Shown: one piece after another, positions 1-8,929 of the stretch
How the letters are laid out: each line of letters opens with the position of its first letter
How positions within the stretch are numbered: position 1 is the stretch's first letter
NCBI GenBank assembly: GCA_965242725.1
Contig: CBDESZ010000023.1
Location: 8,758 to 72,757, forward strand
Reading direction: 5' to 3'
Length of the DNA stretch: 64,000 nucleotides
Source: Alkalispirochaeta sp.
Lineage (GTDB): Bacteria > Spirochaetota > Spirochaetia > DSM-27196 > Alkalispirochaetaceae
The notes under the pieces: model-generated
What the model was told of the DNA's origin: nothing
Databases searched by the model: none
The model's input: the letters and a program-made list of their open reading frames with translations, nothing else
Made by a program: the position numbers and the translations under genes

Positions 1-69
1 GTTCAGTTCATCTTTGACGGTCTGGTCAAGCTGGGCGTTCTTGCCTGAGGGACCGGAGAAAAGACGCGG

Positions 70-1278
70 TCATCGCAAATCCCGCGTCTCCGGTGCCCAG
101 ATCGCGACCACCCCAACGCCCACTGCTCCCACTGCGGCGGTGATCGCCACCGCCGGAGCGAGCGCAAGGAACGCCGCAAGGGTTCCCACCAGTACGGGGC
201 CCGCGGCGCTCCCCAGGTCCCCGTAGAGTCGCCAGAGACCGAGAAACTCCGCCACAGCCCCGTCCGGTGCGAGGTCGGCGCCGGTGGTCATATTGATTCC
301 CGCTCCAAGACCGTTTCCCACGCCGATCACCGCGGCAACGGCGATAAAAAGGGGCATGCTTCGGGCGGGGAGCAATAACAGGAGGCCAATACTGAACACG
401 GTGAGGCTCACGCCGATTGCCGCTTTCCTGCCGAGGCTGTCCGAAATGATTCCGGCCGGGATAAACAGGAGCAGATCTGCGGCTGCGCCGATACTCATGG
501 CAAAACCGATAAGGGTAGGGGAGAGGCCGTTGGCCGTTCCCCAGAGGGGTATGACCATTTCCCGTGAGGACCGGAGGATTGAAAGTACGAGAATACCAAA
601 TCCGACGGTGAGAACGGCGTACCAGCGATCACGTAATCCCCTGTGCAGGAGCGTAAAGGATCTTCCTCGCCGGGCCGGTACCGATCGATCCCGCCTTTCG
701 TCGGGTGGCATACCCAGGGTGAACGAGATCAGTCCCGCCACAAATCCGATGATTCGGAGAATGAAAATGGCGGGAACCCCGAAAATATCGGCGACAACAC
801 CTCCCGCAACGGGTCCGATGAGCATGCCGATGCGCAACGCACCGCCGACACCGGATAGAGCCCGTCCGCGGAACTCCGGAGGGACTCTCATCCGCACCGT
901 CGCCATGACCGTCGTTACCAGTATTGACGTTGAAAAGCCGGACATAAAGGTGAAGCAGGCGATGAAGGGGAGGCTTCGCGACCAGATGAGTGCGGCGTTG
1001 GCGCCGATGGTCACGATGTAGGAGAAAACTGTCACTCGTCGCAATCCCCATGCTGCGAGAATGAATCCCCCCGGGACGTCGCTTACTACCTGACCGATTC
1101 CCTTCATCGCCACGATAAGTCCGACGGCACCGACCCCCGCACCGAGACCACCGAGATACTGTGGGAACGCCGGCGTCAACGCGGACCACGAAAATGCGAG
1201 AAAAAGAATGGGAAGATATGCAGGTGCCGCGAGACGTCGAAAAAGTGTCGCCAGAGGGATTGCCGACGATTCCATCAT
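70..1278 (-). CDS. MFS transporter (MFS_1)
   Basis: 402 aa with about 12 hydrophobic segments and an MFS motif-A-like 'GIISDSLGRK'. Its start overlaps the stop of the upstream aldo-keto reductase. Confidence 0.9.
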   Translation of the reverse strand: MMESSAIPLATLFRRLAAPAYLPILFLAFSWSALTPAFPQYLGGLGAGVGAVGLIVAMKGIGQVVSDVPGGFILAAWGLRRVTVFSYIVTIGANAALIWSRSLPFIACFTFMSGFSTSILVTTVMATVRMRVPPEFRGRALSGVGGALRIGMLIGPVAGGVVADIFGVPAIFILRIIGFVAGLISFTLGMPPDERRDRSVPARRGRSFTLLHRGLRDRWYAVLTVGFGILVLSILRSSREMVIPLWGTANGLSPTLIGFAMSIGAAADLLLFIPAGIISDSLGRKAAIGVSLTVFSIGLLLLLPARSMPLFIAVAAVIGVGNGLGAGINMTTGADLAPDGAVAEFLGLWRLYGDLGSAAGPVLVGTLAAFLALAPAVAITAAVGAVGVGVVAIWAPETRDLR

Positions 1279-2312
1279 CGCGGGGTACGAGTCCTTGTCG
1301 GCGTACCGTCGGGACCGGGGAAGCGAATACGCGAAACGCCCTCATACATATCGGCATGGGCACCGATGGATTCCTTCAAGTCCGCCGTGACGTCCCTGAG
1401 GGTCGAAACCTCCCCGGCGGTGAGCTGCGTATCCGCCAGGCTGCACAGTTCATTCAGCTGATCCACCGTCCGCGCACCGAGAAGCATGGTGTCGATATCT
1501 GGGTTCGCCCGGACAAAACCGAGGGCAAGGGCGACAACGGGACGACGGAACTTTTCTGACAAATCCAGGATGCGGGAAAGGGCGCGTTCGGTCTGCCCTT
1601 CAAAACCGCCCTCGCCGTGCCGCGCCGCGGGGTGGCGTGAGGAGAAGTGGCGCGTTCGTTTTCTTCCTTCCGGAAAGGACGCGAGCGTCCGGTACCGGCC
1701 GGACAGCAAACCCTGCTGGAGAACAGTGTATGCGATGGTACGACGACCTGAAGCACGACTCACGGCGGCGATGCCGTCCCGACCTTCCACGGCGCGCCAC
1801 AAGAGACTGTAGGGAATCTGGTTTGTGACGATCGGGAAGTCCCGGGTTTCTTCAATATCGAATACGCCGAAATTACACACACCCACCTCCCGAACGAGAC
1901 CCTCATCGCGCATACGGAAAAGCAGGGCAAGGGCTTCGCGGGTCTCCTCCGTCGTGGTACCGGGCCAATGGACCTGCATGATGTCGATCGCATCCCGCCG
2001 GAGACGGCGAAGGGAGTCGGTAACCATGCGCCTCAGCTCCCCGCCGGACTTCCCATCGATTTTGAACTTGGATGCGATGAATCCGTTCTCCCGTCCCCGC
2101 AATGCCGAGCCGAGGATCGATTCACTGCGGCCGTCTCCGTAGTTGGGCGCGGTATCAAAGAGGGTGATTCCCCGATCCAGTGCGGCGTGGACGACGCGAA
2201 TACACTCCCGTTCCTGAGATCCCCCCCAGATCCCGTCGCTCGCAAAGGTCCATGTGCCGAGGGCGACCGATGACATGACCATGCCCGTATCGCCGACAGG
2301 ACGGGAGTTCAT
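1275..2312 (-). CDS. Aldo/keto reductase
   Basis: AKR motifs LGTW, FDTAPNYGDGRSE, IDIMQVHWP, GVCNF and NQIPYSLL. Start moved to ATG 2312, downstream of a GGAG RBS. Confidence 0.92.
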   Translation of the reverse strand: MNSRPVGDTGMVMSSVALGTWTFASDGIWGGSQERECIRVVHAALDRGITLFDTAPNYGDGRSESILGSALRGRENGFIASKFKIDGKSGGELRRMVTDSLRRLRRDAIDIMQVHWPGTTTEETREALALLFRMRDEGLVREVGVCNFGVFDIEETRDFPIVTNQIPYSLLWRAVEGRDGIAAVSRASGRRTIAYTVLQQGLLSGRYRTLASFPEGRKRTRHFSSRHPAARHGEGGFEGQTERALSRILDLSEKFRRPVVALALGFVRANPDIDTMLLGARTVDQLNELCSLADTQLTAGEVSTLRDVTADLKESIGAHADMYEGVSRIRFPGPDGTPTRTRTPR

Positions 2313-2313
2313 A

Positions 2314-2988
2314 TCACTCCTCTCCTGCGGAAACCGGCGCACCCCCACGCACCGCATCGGCAAACTCCTGCAGTCGCCGGCGTGCGTCGTCCATGGTGAT
2401 GTGCGGATATCCGATGACCACATACGAGGCGCCCCGCTTGATCGCCTCCATTCCCTGTTCCTTGGTAAAGACGACGGGTCCGACCGGTATGTCCGTTGCC
2501 GCGACGACTTCATCCAACCCCTCCAACGGGTCCGCCGAAGGATTGCGGAGCAGTTCATCGATGGCCAGGTGGAGGAGGAAATAGTCGGCCCCCATTTCCG
2601 TCAGTTCACCGACCCGCCGGGTCAGGTCATTTGTCGGTACGTTTAACAGATCAACCTGCACTTTGACGCCCGCGGCATGACCCGCTTCAATCGCCTTGAG
2701 AATGCTCGCCTCATTGGCGACGGCCATCACCGTCGCAATGGACGCGCCAAGTTCACCGGCCCGGGTGAAATACTGACCGACGCCGTCAAGAGCCTTGAAA
2801 TCGGCAAGGACTATTCGTTCTCCGGCGGCATCTGCTATTGAGCGTATGGAATCGATACCCGCAAAGGTAAGTAACGGAGTCCCCACCTCCACCCATTCGG
2901 CGTCAATTGACAGTGCGTGGCCAAGGTGTACCATTGCGTCTGAAACTGTTTGTGTATCAATGGAGACTTGAATCCATGGTTTCTTCAT
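2314..2988 (-). CDS. HPS/KGPDC-family (OMP-decarboxylase-fold) enzyme, 3-hexulose-6-P synthase/3-keto-gulonate-6-P decarboxylase-like
   Basis: Motifs QVSID, EVGTPLL, ADFKALD (DxKxxD) and LHLAID. The C-terminal phosphate-binding GG/GR motifs look altered. Confidence 0.85.
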   Translation of the reverse strand: MKKPWIQVSIDTQTVSDAMVHLGHALSIDAEWVEVGTPLLTFAGIDSIRSIADAAGERIVLADFKALDGVGQYFTRAGELGASIATVMAVANEASILKAIEAGHAAGVKVQVDLLNVPTNDLTRRVGELTEMGADYFLLHLAIDELLRNPSADPLEGLDEVVAATDIPVGPVVFTKEQGMEAIKRGASYVVIGYPHITMDDARRRLQEFADAVRGGAPVSAGEE

Positions 2989-3002
2989 TCATCTTTCCTT
3001 GC

Positions 3003-3031
3003 TTGACCAGAAATTGTATATGGAATACTAT
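3003..3031 (+). promoter_or_regulatory. sigma70 promoter for gntR-pdxA-VOC
   Basis: TTGACC(3003-3008)-N17-TACTAT(3026-3031). Confidence 0.7.
3014..3030. promoter_or_regulatory. Putative GntR operator, copy 1
   Basis: TTGTATATGGAATACTA, with near-identical copies at 5715-5731 and 5885-5901 (reverse). Confidence 0.7.
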
Positions 3032-3039
3032 TTATTTCT

Positions 3040-3068
3040 ATCGTAGGGCGCTTCGCCGGCGCTGTCAA
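3040..3068 (-). promoter_or_regulatory. sigma70 promoter for hps-like/AKR/MFS
   Basis: Minus strand TTGACA(3068-3063)-N17-TACGAT(3045-3040). Confidence 0.7.
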
Positions 3069-3079
3069 CGCTGGACGTG

Positions 3080-3099
3080 AAAAATTGTACACAATTTTT
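3080..3099. promoter_or_regulatory. Perfect inverted repeat, putative operator
   Basis: AAAAATTGT-AC-ACAATTTTT. The TTGT..ACAA core resembles FadR/GntR boxes. Confidence 0.55.
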
Positions 3100-3121
3100 G
3101 CTTCCAGCCATGGAGGAACCG

Positions 3122-3796
3122 ATGCCATCAGAAACCACTGAATCAGTCGAGCCTCGGATGGTCCGACAGAGTTATGCCGATCAGGTTTACCATTACATCA
3201 AGGAATCCATTCTTTCGGGCGAGCTGAAACAGGGTGACAAAATAGTTGAAGAGAAAATCGCCCGCCGTTTCGGCGTCAGTCGCACACCGATTCGTGAGGC
3301 TCTGACGCGGTTGCAGGCGTTCGGACTGGTTCACCTCCAGCCGCGAAGCTACGCGGAAGTTGCGAGAATCGGATCTCGCGAGGCCAGCGACATCGCCCAG
3401 CTCCGTCTGACTCTTGAACAGATGGCATTTCGCCTCCTCTGCAGGAAGGAACATACCGAATCCTTCCAGGCCCTGCGGGAGCTGGCGGAACAGGCGAAGG
3501 TCGCCCTCGAGAAGAGGGACAAGGCAGCGTATTTTGAGGGAGATTCCCTCTTCCATCAGAAAGCCGCGGAGCTGTGCGGCAACGGTGAACTTGCATCGGT
3601 CTATAGGCAGTACGCGAGCAAGGTACAGCTTCTCAGGATTGCCCAGGATGTTCCTGTTGAGCGGCTGGAAGTGTATATGCGTCAGCATTTCGATCTTGTG
3701 GAAATGCTTGAAGGAAAACGATGTGGAGCGATCGACGAGTTGCTCCGAATTCATATCGTCCACGACCTGGGCAGTTCCGACTATACCGATTCATAA
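3122..3796 (+). CDS. GntR (FadR/FCD subfamily) transcriptional regulator
   Basis: wHTH motif 'FGVSRTPIREAL' plus an FCD-like C-terminus ('DSLFH'). GGAGG RBS precedes ATG 3122. Confidence 0.93.
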   Translation: MPSETTESVEPRMVRQSYADQVYHYIKESILSGELKQGDKIVEEKIARRFGVSRTPIREALTRLQAFGLVHLQPRSYAEVARIGSREASDIAQLRLTLEQMAFRLLCRKEHTESFQALRELAEQAKVALEKRDKAAYFEGDSLFHQKAAELCGNGELASVYRQYASKVQLLRIAQDVPVERLEVYMRQHFDLVEMLEGKRCGAIDELLRIHIVHDLGSSDYTDS

Positions 3797-3807
3797 GGAG
3801 TTCCATA

Positions 3808-4800
3808 GTGAGACCGCGAGTTCAGTTGTTGTTTGGAGATACCGCCGGAGTCGGTCCGGAACTCTGTGCAAAGGTGGCGGGAGATATACCTGAGCAGGCA
3901 CGGGGAGTGCAGGTCATTCTCACCGGTGATGGTCGCGTATTCGAGGAAGCTCTCGATGTGACGGGACTGAAGGTGGATGTGCCGCGAATCGAGTCACTCC
4001 GGGAAGCGGAAGGGAAGGACGATCCCGTGCTTTTCTGGGATTTCCGCAGCGAGGATACTCCGGCAATACCGCGCGCCGCGGTGAGTGAGGCGGCGGGGCG
4101 GGAAGTTCTGACCTCCCTCATGCAGTCCGTCAGGCTGGCCCAGGAGGGACTGGTGGACGGCATCGTTTTTGCGCCTTTCAACAAGGAATCGATGCATCTG
4201 GCCGGCTCAAAGCACTATTCCGAGTTGGAGCTTTTCAAGGAAGAGTTCGGAAGAGAGGATATTCCCGGCGAGTTCAATATCATGGATAGCCTCTGGATCG
4301 CCCGGGTGACTTCCCACATTCCGGTGGCCGAGGTTGCGCAGACCCTCACGGAGGAACGAATCGCCCATACCATCACCCTGCTCGGCGACGCCCAGGTTGC
4401 GGCGGGTATCGCGCCGCGCCTCGCGGTGGCGGCGCTGAATCCCCACGCGGGGGAACACGGTATGTTTGGAGACGAGGAAGGGCGGCTCATTGAACCGGCG
4501 ATCGGGAGGGTGCGCACGGCCAGGCCCGACTGGGCCGTCGACGGCCCGATGCCGGCGGATACGCTCTTTCCGCGGGTGTTGAAGGGAGGATATTCCGGCG
4601 TCGTCGGCATGTACCACGACCAGCTGCAAATTGCCACGAAGCTGATAGGCCTCGAGCGGGGCGTCACGCTCCATCCGGGTATGAAGGTTCCCATTGCAAC
4701 GGCTGCTCATGGTACGGCGTTTGATCTGAAGGGGACGGGCACGGCAAACCATCAGGCATTGAAAAACGCGCTGGCCGTCGTGGCGGAGATGGTTCAATGA
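3808..4800 (+). CDS. PdxA-family decarboxylating dehydrogenase
   Basis: Motifs GDxAGVGPE, APFNK, VTSHIP, LNPHAGEHG, GPMPADT, MYHDQ and HGTAFD. GTG start follows AAGGAG. Confidence 0.92.
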   Translation: MRPRVQLLFGDTAGVGPELCAKVAGDIPEQARGVQVILTGDGRVFEEALDVTGLKVDVPRIESLREAEGKDDPVLFWDFRSEDTPAIPRAAVSEAAGREVLTSLMQSVRLAQEGLVDGIVFAPFNKESMHLAGSKHYSELELFKEEFGREDIPGEFNIMDSLWIARVTSHIPVAEVAQTLTEERIAHTITLLGDAQVAAGIAPRLAVAALNPHAGEHGMFGDEEGRLIEPAIGRVRTARPDWAVDGPMPADTLFPRVLKGGYSGVVGMYHDQLQIATKLIGLERGVTLHPGMKVPIATAAHGTAFDLKGTGTANHQALKNALAVVAEMVQ

Positions 4801-5213
4801 TCGTGTCTGTTCGCGGAGTGGAACATACGGGAATGAAGGTGAGGGACACTGAAAAGCTCGCCAAATGGTACCGTGAGGTTTTTGGCGCCAGGGAGGTCTC
4901 CCGAAGCGAGGGGGAATCGCCGATCATCTTTCTCTCCTTCGGACGGGCCTCACTCCTTGAGCTGATACCGGGCGGAGACGGCGTGGACAATACCGTTGAT
5001 TCCGATGATCGTGTGCATCTCTGTTTCGCGGTGGAAGACCTGGAGTCGGCACTTCAGGGGTTGGCCGACCGGGGAATAGAGCTCGAAAAACCGGTTTTTC
5101 AGGCATACGACGGCAGTTCCGTCGCCTTTTTCAGGGATGTGGAAGGACATGTGCTGCAGTTTGTTCAACGTATCCCGGGTAGTGCCGTTTCCGCAGCGGC
5201 GTTTGGTGAGTAG
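4797..5213 (+). CDS. VOC/glyoxalase family protein
   Basis: EHTGMKV...WYREVFG, HLCFAVEDL and FFRDVEGHVLQF. ATGA overlap with the pdxA-like gene. Confidence 0.88.
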   Translation: MIVSVRGVEHTGMKVRDTEKLAKWYREVFGAREVSRSEGESPIIFLSFGRASLLELIPGGDGVDNTVDSDDRVHLCFAVEDLESALQGLADRGIELEKPVFQAYDGSSVAFFRDVEGHVLQFVQRIPGSAVSAAAFGE

Positions 5214-5316
5214 ATCTTTCAATCCACCAATGAAGAAAATGACAAGGCGCTGTTCACCTGTCAAGTGAATCGCGCCCTGTGAAGGCCTGTGTTTTGTCCG
5301 ATCGCCCCGCGGCAGA

Positions 5317-5697
5317 TCAGCTTTCCATGTCGTGGTCGTCGCGAAACTGCTGTTGTTCAAAGGGGGGTGAGACGCAGCACACCGACTTGAGTGGTGTCTT
5401 TCCCGTGTTTACGACCTGATGGACGCAACCGGGGGGAACATAGACAACCGCCCCTGCGGTGTATTCCTGTTCCTCGTCATCGACGATCATGATTCCCGAA
5501 CCACTGACACAGTAAAAAACTTCCTCGTTGATATCGTGGGAGTGGGCGTTGGTCTTGTTGCCCGGTTCAACGGTGGATGTCCCCACCCACAGATTTTTAC
5601 TGCCCAGTGTCCACGGTGCGGACAGATGTTTAATGACCCGCTTGAACGGTTCGTCGATATGGTCGCCATGAATGTCGTTTTCGTGTACGTAATGCAT
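5317..5697 (-). CDS. Cupin domain protein
   Basis: Cupin metal motifs HSH..NEEVFYCVSGSG and VPPGCVHQVVNTG. AGGAGG RBS precedes ATG 5697. Confidence 0.9.
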   Translation of the reverse strand: MHYVHENDIHGDHIDEPFKRVIKHLSAPWTLGSKNLWVGTSTVEPGNKTNAHSHDINEEVFYCVSGSGIMIVDDEEQEYTAGAVVYVPPGCVHQVVNTGKTPLKSVCCVSPPFEQQQFRDDHDMES

Positions 5698-5714
5698 CGA
5701 TATTCCTCCTATAG

Positions 5715-5731
5715 TTGTATATCGTATACTA
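5715..5731. promoter_or_regulatory. Putative GntR operator, copy 2 (cupin promoter)
   Basis: TTGTATATCGTATACTA overlapping the minus-strand promoter TTGACT(5754-5749)-N17-TAGTAT. Confidence 0.7.
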
Positions 5732-5867
5732 TAAGAAGGAATATGACGAGTCAAATTCAGGGAACATATGGGCATTGAAACCGATAAAATTCCCCCGAAA
5801 CGGCAGGAAAAGGCGAGTTCTGCAGGCAATTCGACGATATAACGGCGAGGAATCATAAAACTTCTTC

Positions 5868-5901
5868 TTGACAACCAAAAATAATCGTATACCATATACA
5901 A
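5868..5901 (+). promoter_or_regulatory. tctBAC promoter with operator copy 3
   Basis: TTGACA(5868-5873)-N16-TACCAT. The reverse complement of 5885-5901 is TTGTATATGGTATACGA. Confidence 0.7.
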
Positions 5902-5915
5902 ACGATGGAGGATGA

Positions 5916-6365
5916 ATGACGCGTATAAACACCAGAATATTCCTGCCTGGTCTATCGGCCCTGGTGGGGGCTCTCTGGATTTTTGTAGGTTTGACGGAAT
6001 ACGGGTGGTGGGCCAACGGCCGCGCGACGAGCGGATTTTTTCCGACCCTCGTCGGGGCGCTCCTGATCATCGTGAGTGTCCTTGCCATTACGAGTGAGGT
6101 GAAGGAAAAGGCGCCCGTCTTTATGACCGCCCACATATATCCTCTGCTCGCCGCCGTTTCGGTGGTGGTGGTCGCCCTGTTAATAGGTTTTTTCCCGGCC
6201 CTCACGCTCTACGTTCTGGGATGGCTGAAGTTGTACGAGAAGTTCACCTGGAAATTCTCGCTTCTTGTCACGCTGGTCACGATCGCGGCGATGTATGGAA
6301 TCTTTGCGATGTGGTTGCGGGTCCCCTTTCCTCTGGGGGCAATTGTGGAGATGGTGATTAACTGA
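5916..6365 (+). CDS. tctB: Tripartite tricarboxylate transporter small subunit TctB
   Basis: Four TM segments, 'GFFP' and C-terminal 'FAMWLRVPFP'. Directly upstream of tctA. Confidence 0.88.
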   Translation: MTRINTRIFLPGLSALVGALWIFVGLTEYGWWANGRATSGFFPTLVGALLIIVSVLAITSEVKEKAPVFMTAHIYPLLAAVSVVVVALLIGFFPALTLYVLGWLKLYEKFTWKFSLLVTLVTIAAMYGIFAMWLRVPFPLGAIVEMVIN

Positions 6366-6366
6366 T

Positions 6367-7884
6367 ATGGAAACGTTGCAGCTTCTCATGGGCGGATTTG
6401 CCACCGCCCTTTCGATACAGAACTTCTTCGCCGCGGCGGCAGGTGCCCTCCTTGGCATCCTTGTGGGTGCAATGCCGGGTATCGGTTCTCTGGCAGGCGT
6501 TGCGCTCCTCCTGCCGCTGACATTCAAGTTCAATCCCATTACGGGAATGATCATGCTTTCCGCCATCTACTACGCCAATATGTACGGCGGATCATACAGC
6601 GCGATCCTGATCAACATCCCCGGCGATACCCCCGCGGTCATGACCGCCCTGGACGGATATCCCCTGGCAAAACAGGGAAAGCCGGGTAAGGCGCTGTTCA
6701 CATCAAACATCGCCTCGTTTATCGGCGGTACTATCGGTATCATCATCCTCACGGCGATCGGGCCGGGGCTGGCGAGATTCGGTATTCAGTTTGGTCCGGT
6801 GGAAATGGCGGCACTCCTCATGGTCGCCATGACCTCTCTGGGATGGCTCCTCGGCAGCAATCCCGTCAAGGGTATCGTCGCGACACTTATCGGGATTCTC
6901 CTCGCAACGATCGGATTCGACATCGTTGTAGGGACTCCCCGGTACGATTTCGGGTCGATATATCTTCTTGGCGGCATCCCTTTCATTCCCCTTGTCATAG
7001 GCATTTTCGGCTTCTCCCAGGTTCTGGAAATGATGGAACTGCGCCACAAGGCGCGGGATTTCGATACCGAGAAACTCACCCTTCGGGAAAGCCTGCTCAC
7101 GCGGGGAGAGATCAAGCGCATTCTTCCTGCTGCGATCCGTTCCGGCTTCCTCGGTACGGTCATCGGTGTCCTTCCCGGTGCCGGAGCGACGACGGGATCC
7201 TTTCTCAGCTATATGCAGGAAAAGCGTCTCGGCAGGAACGGGAATCTCCTCGGCACGGGGCGCATCGAAGGCGTTGCCGCCGCCGAAGCGGGTAACAACT
7301 CCGCCGCCGCAGGGGCATTCGCACCGCTCCTCTCCCTAGGCATCCCCGGATCGGGAACGGGGGCGGTTCTCCTCGGTGGTCTCATGATGTACGGGTTGAA
7401 TCCCGGCCCGCTCCTCTTCCAGAATCAGCCGGTATTCACCTGGGGACTCATCGCGTCACTGTACATCGCAAACATAATCACTCTGGCCGTGGCGCTGGCT
7501 ATCATTCCCTCCCTCATCAAGATCCTGAAGGTTCCGGTGACGATCATGATTCCCGTGATTACGACCATTTGTATCATGGGCAGCTACAGCGCCAACAATT
7601 CGCTCTATGGAATCGTGATGATGCTTCTGGCAGGAGTTCTCGGATTTGCAATGAAAAAATACGGATATCCCCTCGCGCCGCTGCTTCTCGCCTTTGTGCT
7701 GGCGCCAACGCTTGAGAAAAATTTCCGTCAGGCCTTGCAGATATCCGACGGCAGCATCTGGATTTTCTTCCAGAAGCCGATCGCTGCCGTTTTGACGGTG
7801 TTCCTACTTATTACTGTGGTTTCCCCGGTTATCAGGATGGTAATCGGTAAATTGAAAACCAAATACAAAGGAGAAAACGCATGA
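6367..7884 (+). CDS. tctA: Tripartite tricarboxylate transporter permease TctA
   Basis: Motifs GAMPGIG, YGGSYSAILINIPG, EAGNNS, LGIPGS and GLNPGPLLF. Confidence 0.96.
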   Translation: METLQLLMGGFATALSIQNFFAAAAGALLGILVGAMPGIGSLAGVALLLPLTFKFNPITGMIMLSAIYYANMYGGSYSAILINIPGDTPAVMTALDGYPLAKQGKPGKALFTSNIASFIGGTIGIIILTAIGPGLARFGIQFGPVEMAALLMVAMTSLGWLLGSNPVKGIVATLIGILLATIGFDIVVGTPRYDFGSIYLLGGIPFIPLVIGIFGFSQVLEMMELRHKARDFDTEKLTLRESLLTRGEIKRILPAAIRSGFLGTVIGVLPGAGATTGSFLSYMQEKRLGRNGNLLGTGRIEGVAAAEAGNNSAAAGAFAPLLSLGIPGSGTGAVLLGGLMMYGLNPGPLLFQNQPVFTWGLIASLYIANIITLAVALAIIPSLIKILKVPVTIMIPVITTICIMGSYSANNSLYGIVMMLLAGVLGFAMKKYGYPLAPLLLAFVLAPTLEKNFRQALQISDGSIWIFFQKPIAAVLTVFLLITVVSPVIRMVIGKLKTKYKGENA

Positions 7885-8831
7885 GACGTTTAGTTTTAGG
7901 CAGTGTTCTGTTGCTTGCAGGTATGGCTCTGGTATTTGCTTCCGGTGAAGCGGAAATGTCGGAAGATGGATGGGCCCCCAGTCGAAACGTTGAGTGGTAC
8001 TGTACCTCCAGTCCCGGCGGCGGATCTTCGATCTTTACCCAGACGATCATTGAGATCATTGATGAAGAAGGACTGGTCGATGAAAACATTCTCATCAACT
8101 ACAAGACCGATGGCGGTGGAGCCGTTGGACGCCGGGAAGTGAGCCGGAAGAACACCAATGGTCACACGCTGCTGACCTTCAACAACGGCGATCTTCAGCC
8201 GCTTGTGCAGATTGAAGACGGCGACCTCGATATGTTTACCCCCCTGGCAGTCATGGCGACGGACGGACAGATTCTCCTCGTCCGCGACGACTCACCCTTT
8301 GAGACTGCGGAAGACTTTATCAACGCCCTTCAGGGTGGAGAACGCGTCATCATGGGCGGATCAAAAGGCGATGATGTAAATCTTCACCAGAAGATCGTTG
8401 CCGAGGTTGGCGGTGATCTCGAGTATCTCATCAGTGACTCAACCGGTGACGCCCTGACCCAGATTCTCGGCGGCAGCATCGATGTAGTCATCGCGAAGCC
8501 CGCCGCGTCCTATGACCTCGTCACCTCCGGTGAGTTGCGTCCTCTTATCGCGGCAACACGTGATCCCTTCCAGGAGCCCTTTGCAGCACCGACCTTCAAG
8601 GAACTCGGCTTTGATATCGAACTTACCGTCTTCCGCGGTATCGTCGGTCCCGCAAACATGCCGGAACAGGCCGTAGAGTTCTGGTCCGACGTCTTTACCA
8701 AGGTTGCCCGGACGGAACAGTGGAAAAACAACTACCTCGACAAATTCCTTCTGAACGGAAACCACCTTCCTGCCGACGAAGCGATCGACTACATGCAGGA
8801 CTTCGAGGACATGTACACCGCTTCCAATTAG
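7881..8831 (+). CDS. tctC: TTT substrate-binding protein TctC/Bug
   Basis: Signal peptide, 'PGGGSS', 'NYKTDGGGAVG', 'PTFKELG' and 'FRGIVGP'. Confidence 0.92.
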   Translation: MRRLVLGSVLLLAGMALVFASGEAEMSEDGWAPSRNVEWYCTSSPGGGSSIFTQTIIEIIDEEGLVDENILINYKTDGGGAVGRREVSRKNTNGHTLLTFNNGDLQPLVQIEDGDLDMFTPLAVMATDGQILLVRDDSPFETAEDFINALQGGERVIMGGSKGDDVNLHQKIVAEVGGDLEYLISDSTGDALTQILGGSIDVVIAKPAASYDLVTSGELRPLIAATRDPFQEPFAAPTFKELGFDIELTVFRGIVGPANMPEQAVEFWSDVFTKVARTEQWKNNYLDKFLLNGNHLPADEAIDYMQDFEDMYTASN

Positions 8832-8856
8832 GCGTAGACTGTAACAAGCTCTATCT

Positions 8857-8894
8857 GAACGGGGATCTATAACGGATAGGTCCCCGTTCTTTTT
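8857..8894 (+). terminator. Intrinsic terminator after tctC
   Basis: GAACGGGGATCTAT-AACGG-ATAGGTCCCCGTTC hairpin followed by TTTTT. Confidence 0.8.
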
Positions 8895-8929
8895 GGCGGG
8901 TTTCTCTGCCCGCACCAACGGAGAAAAAG

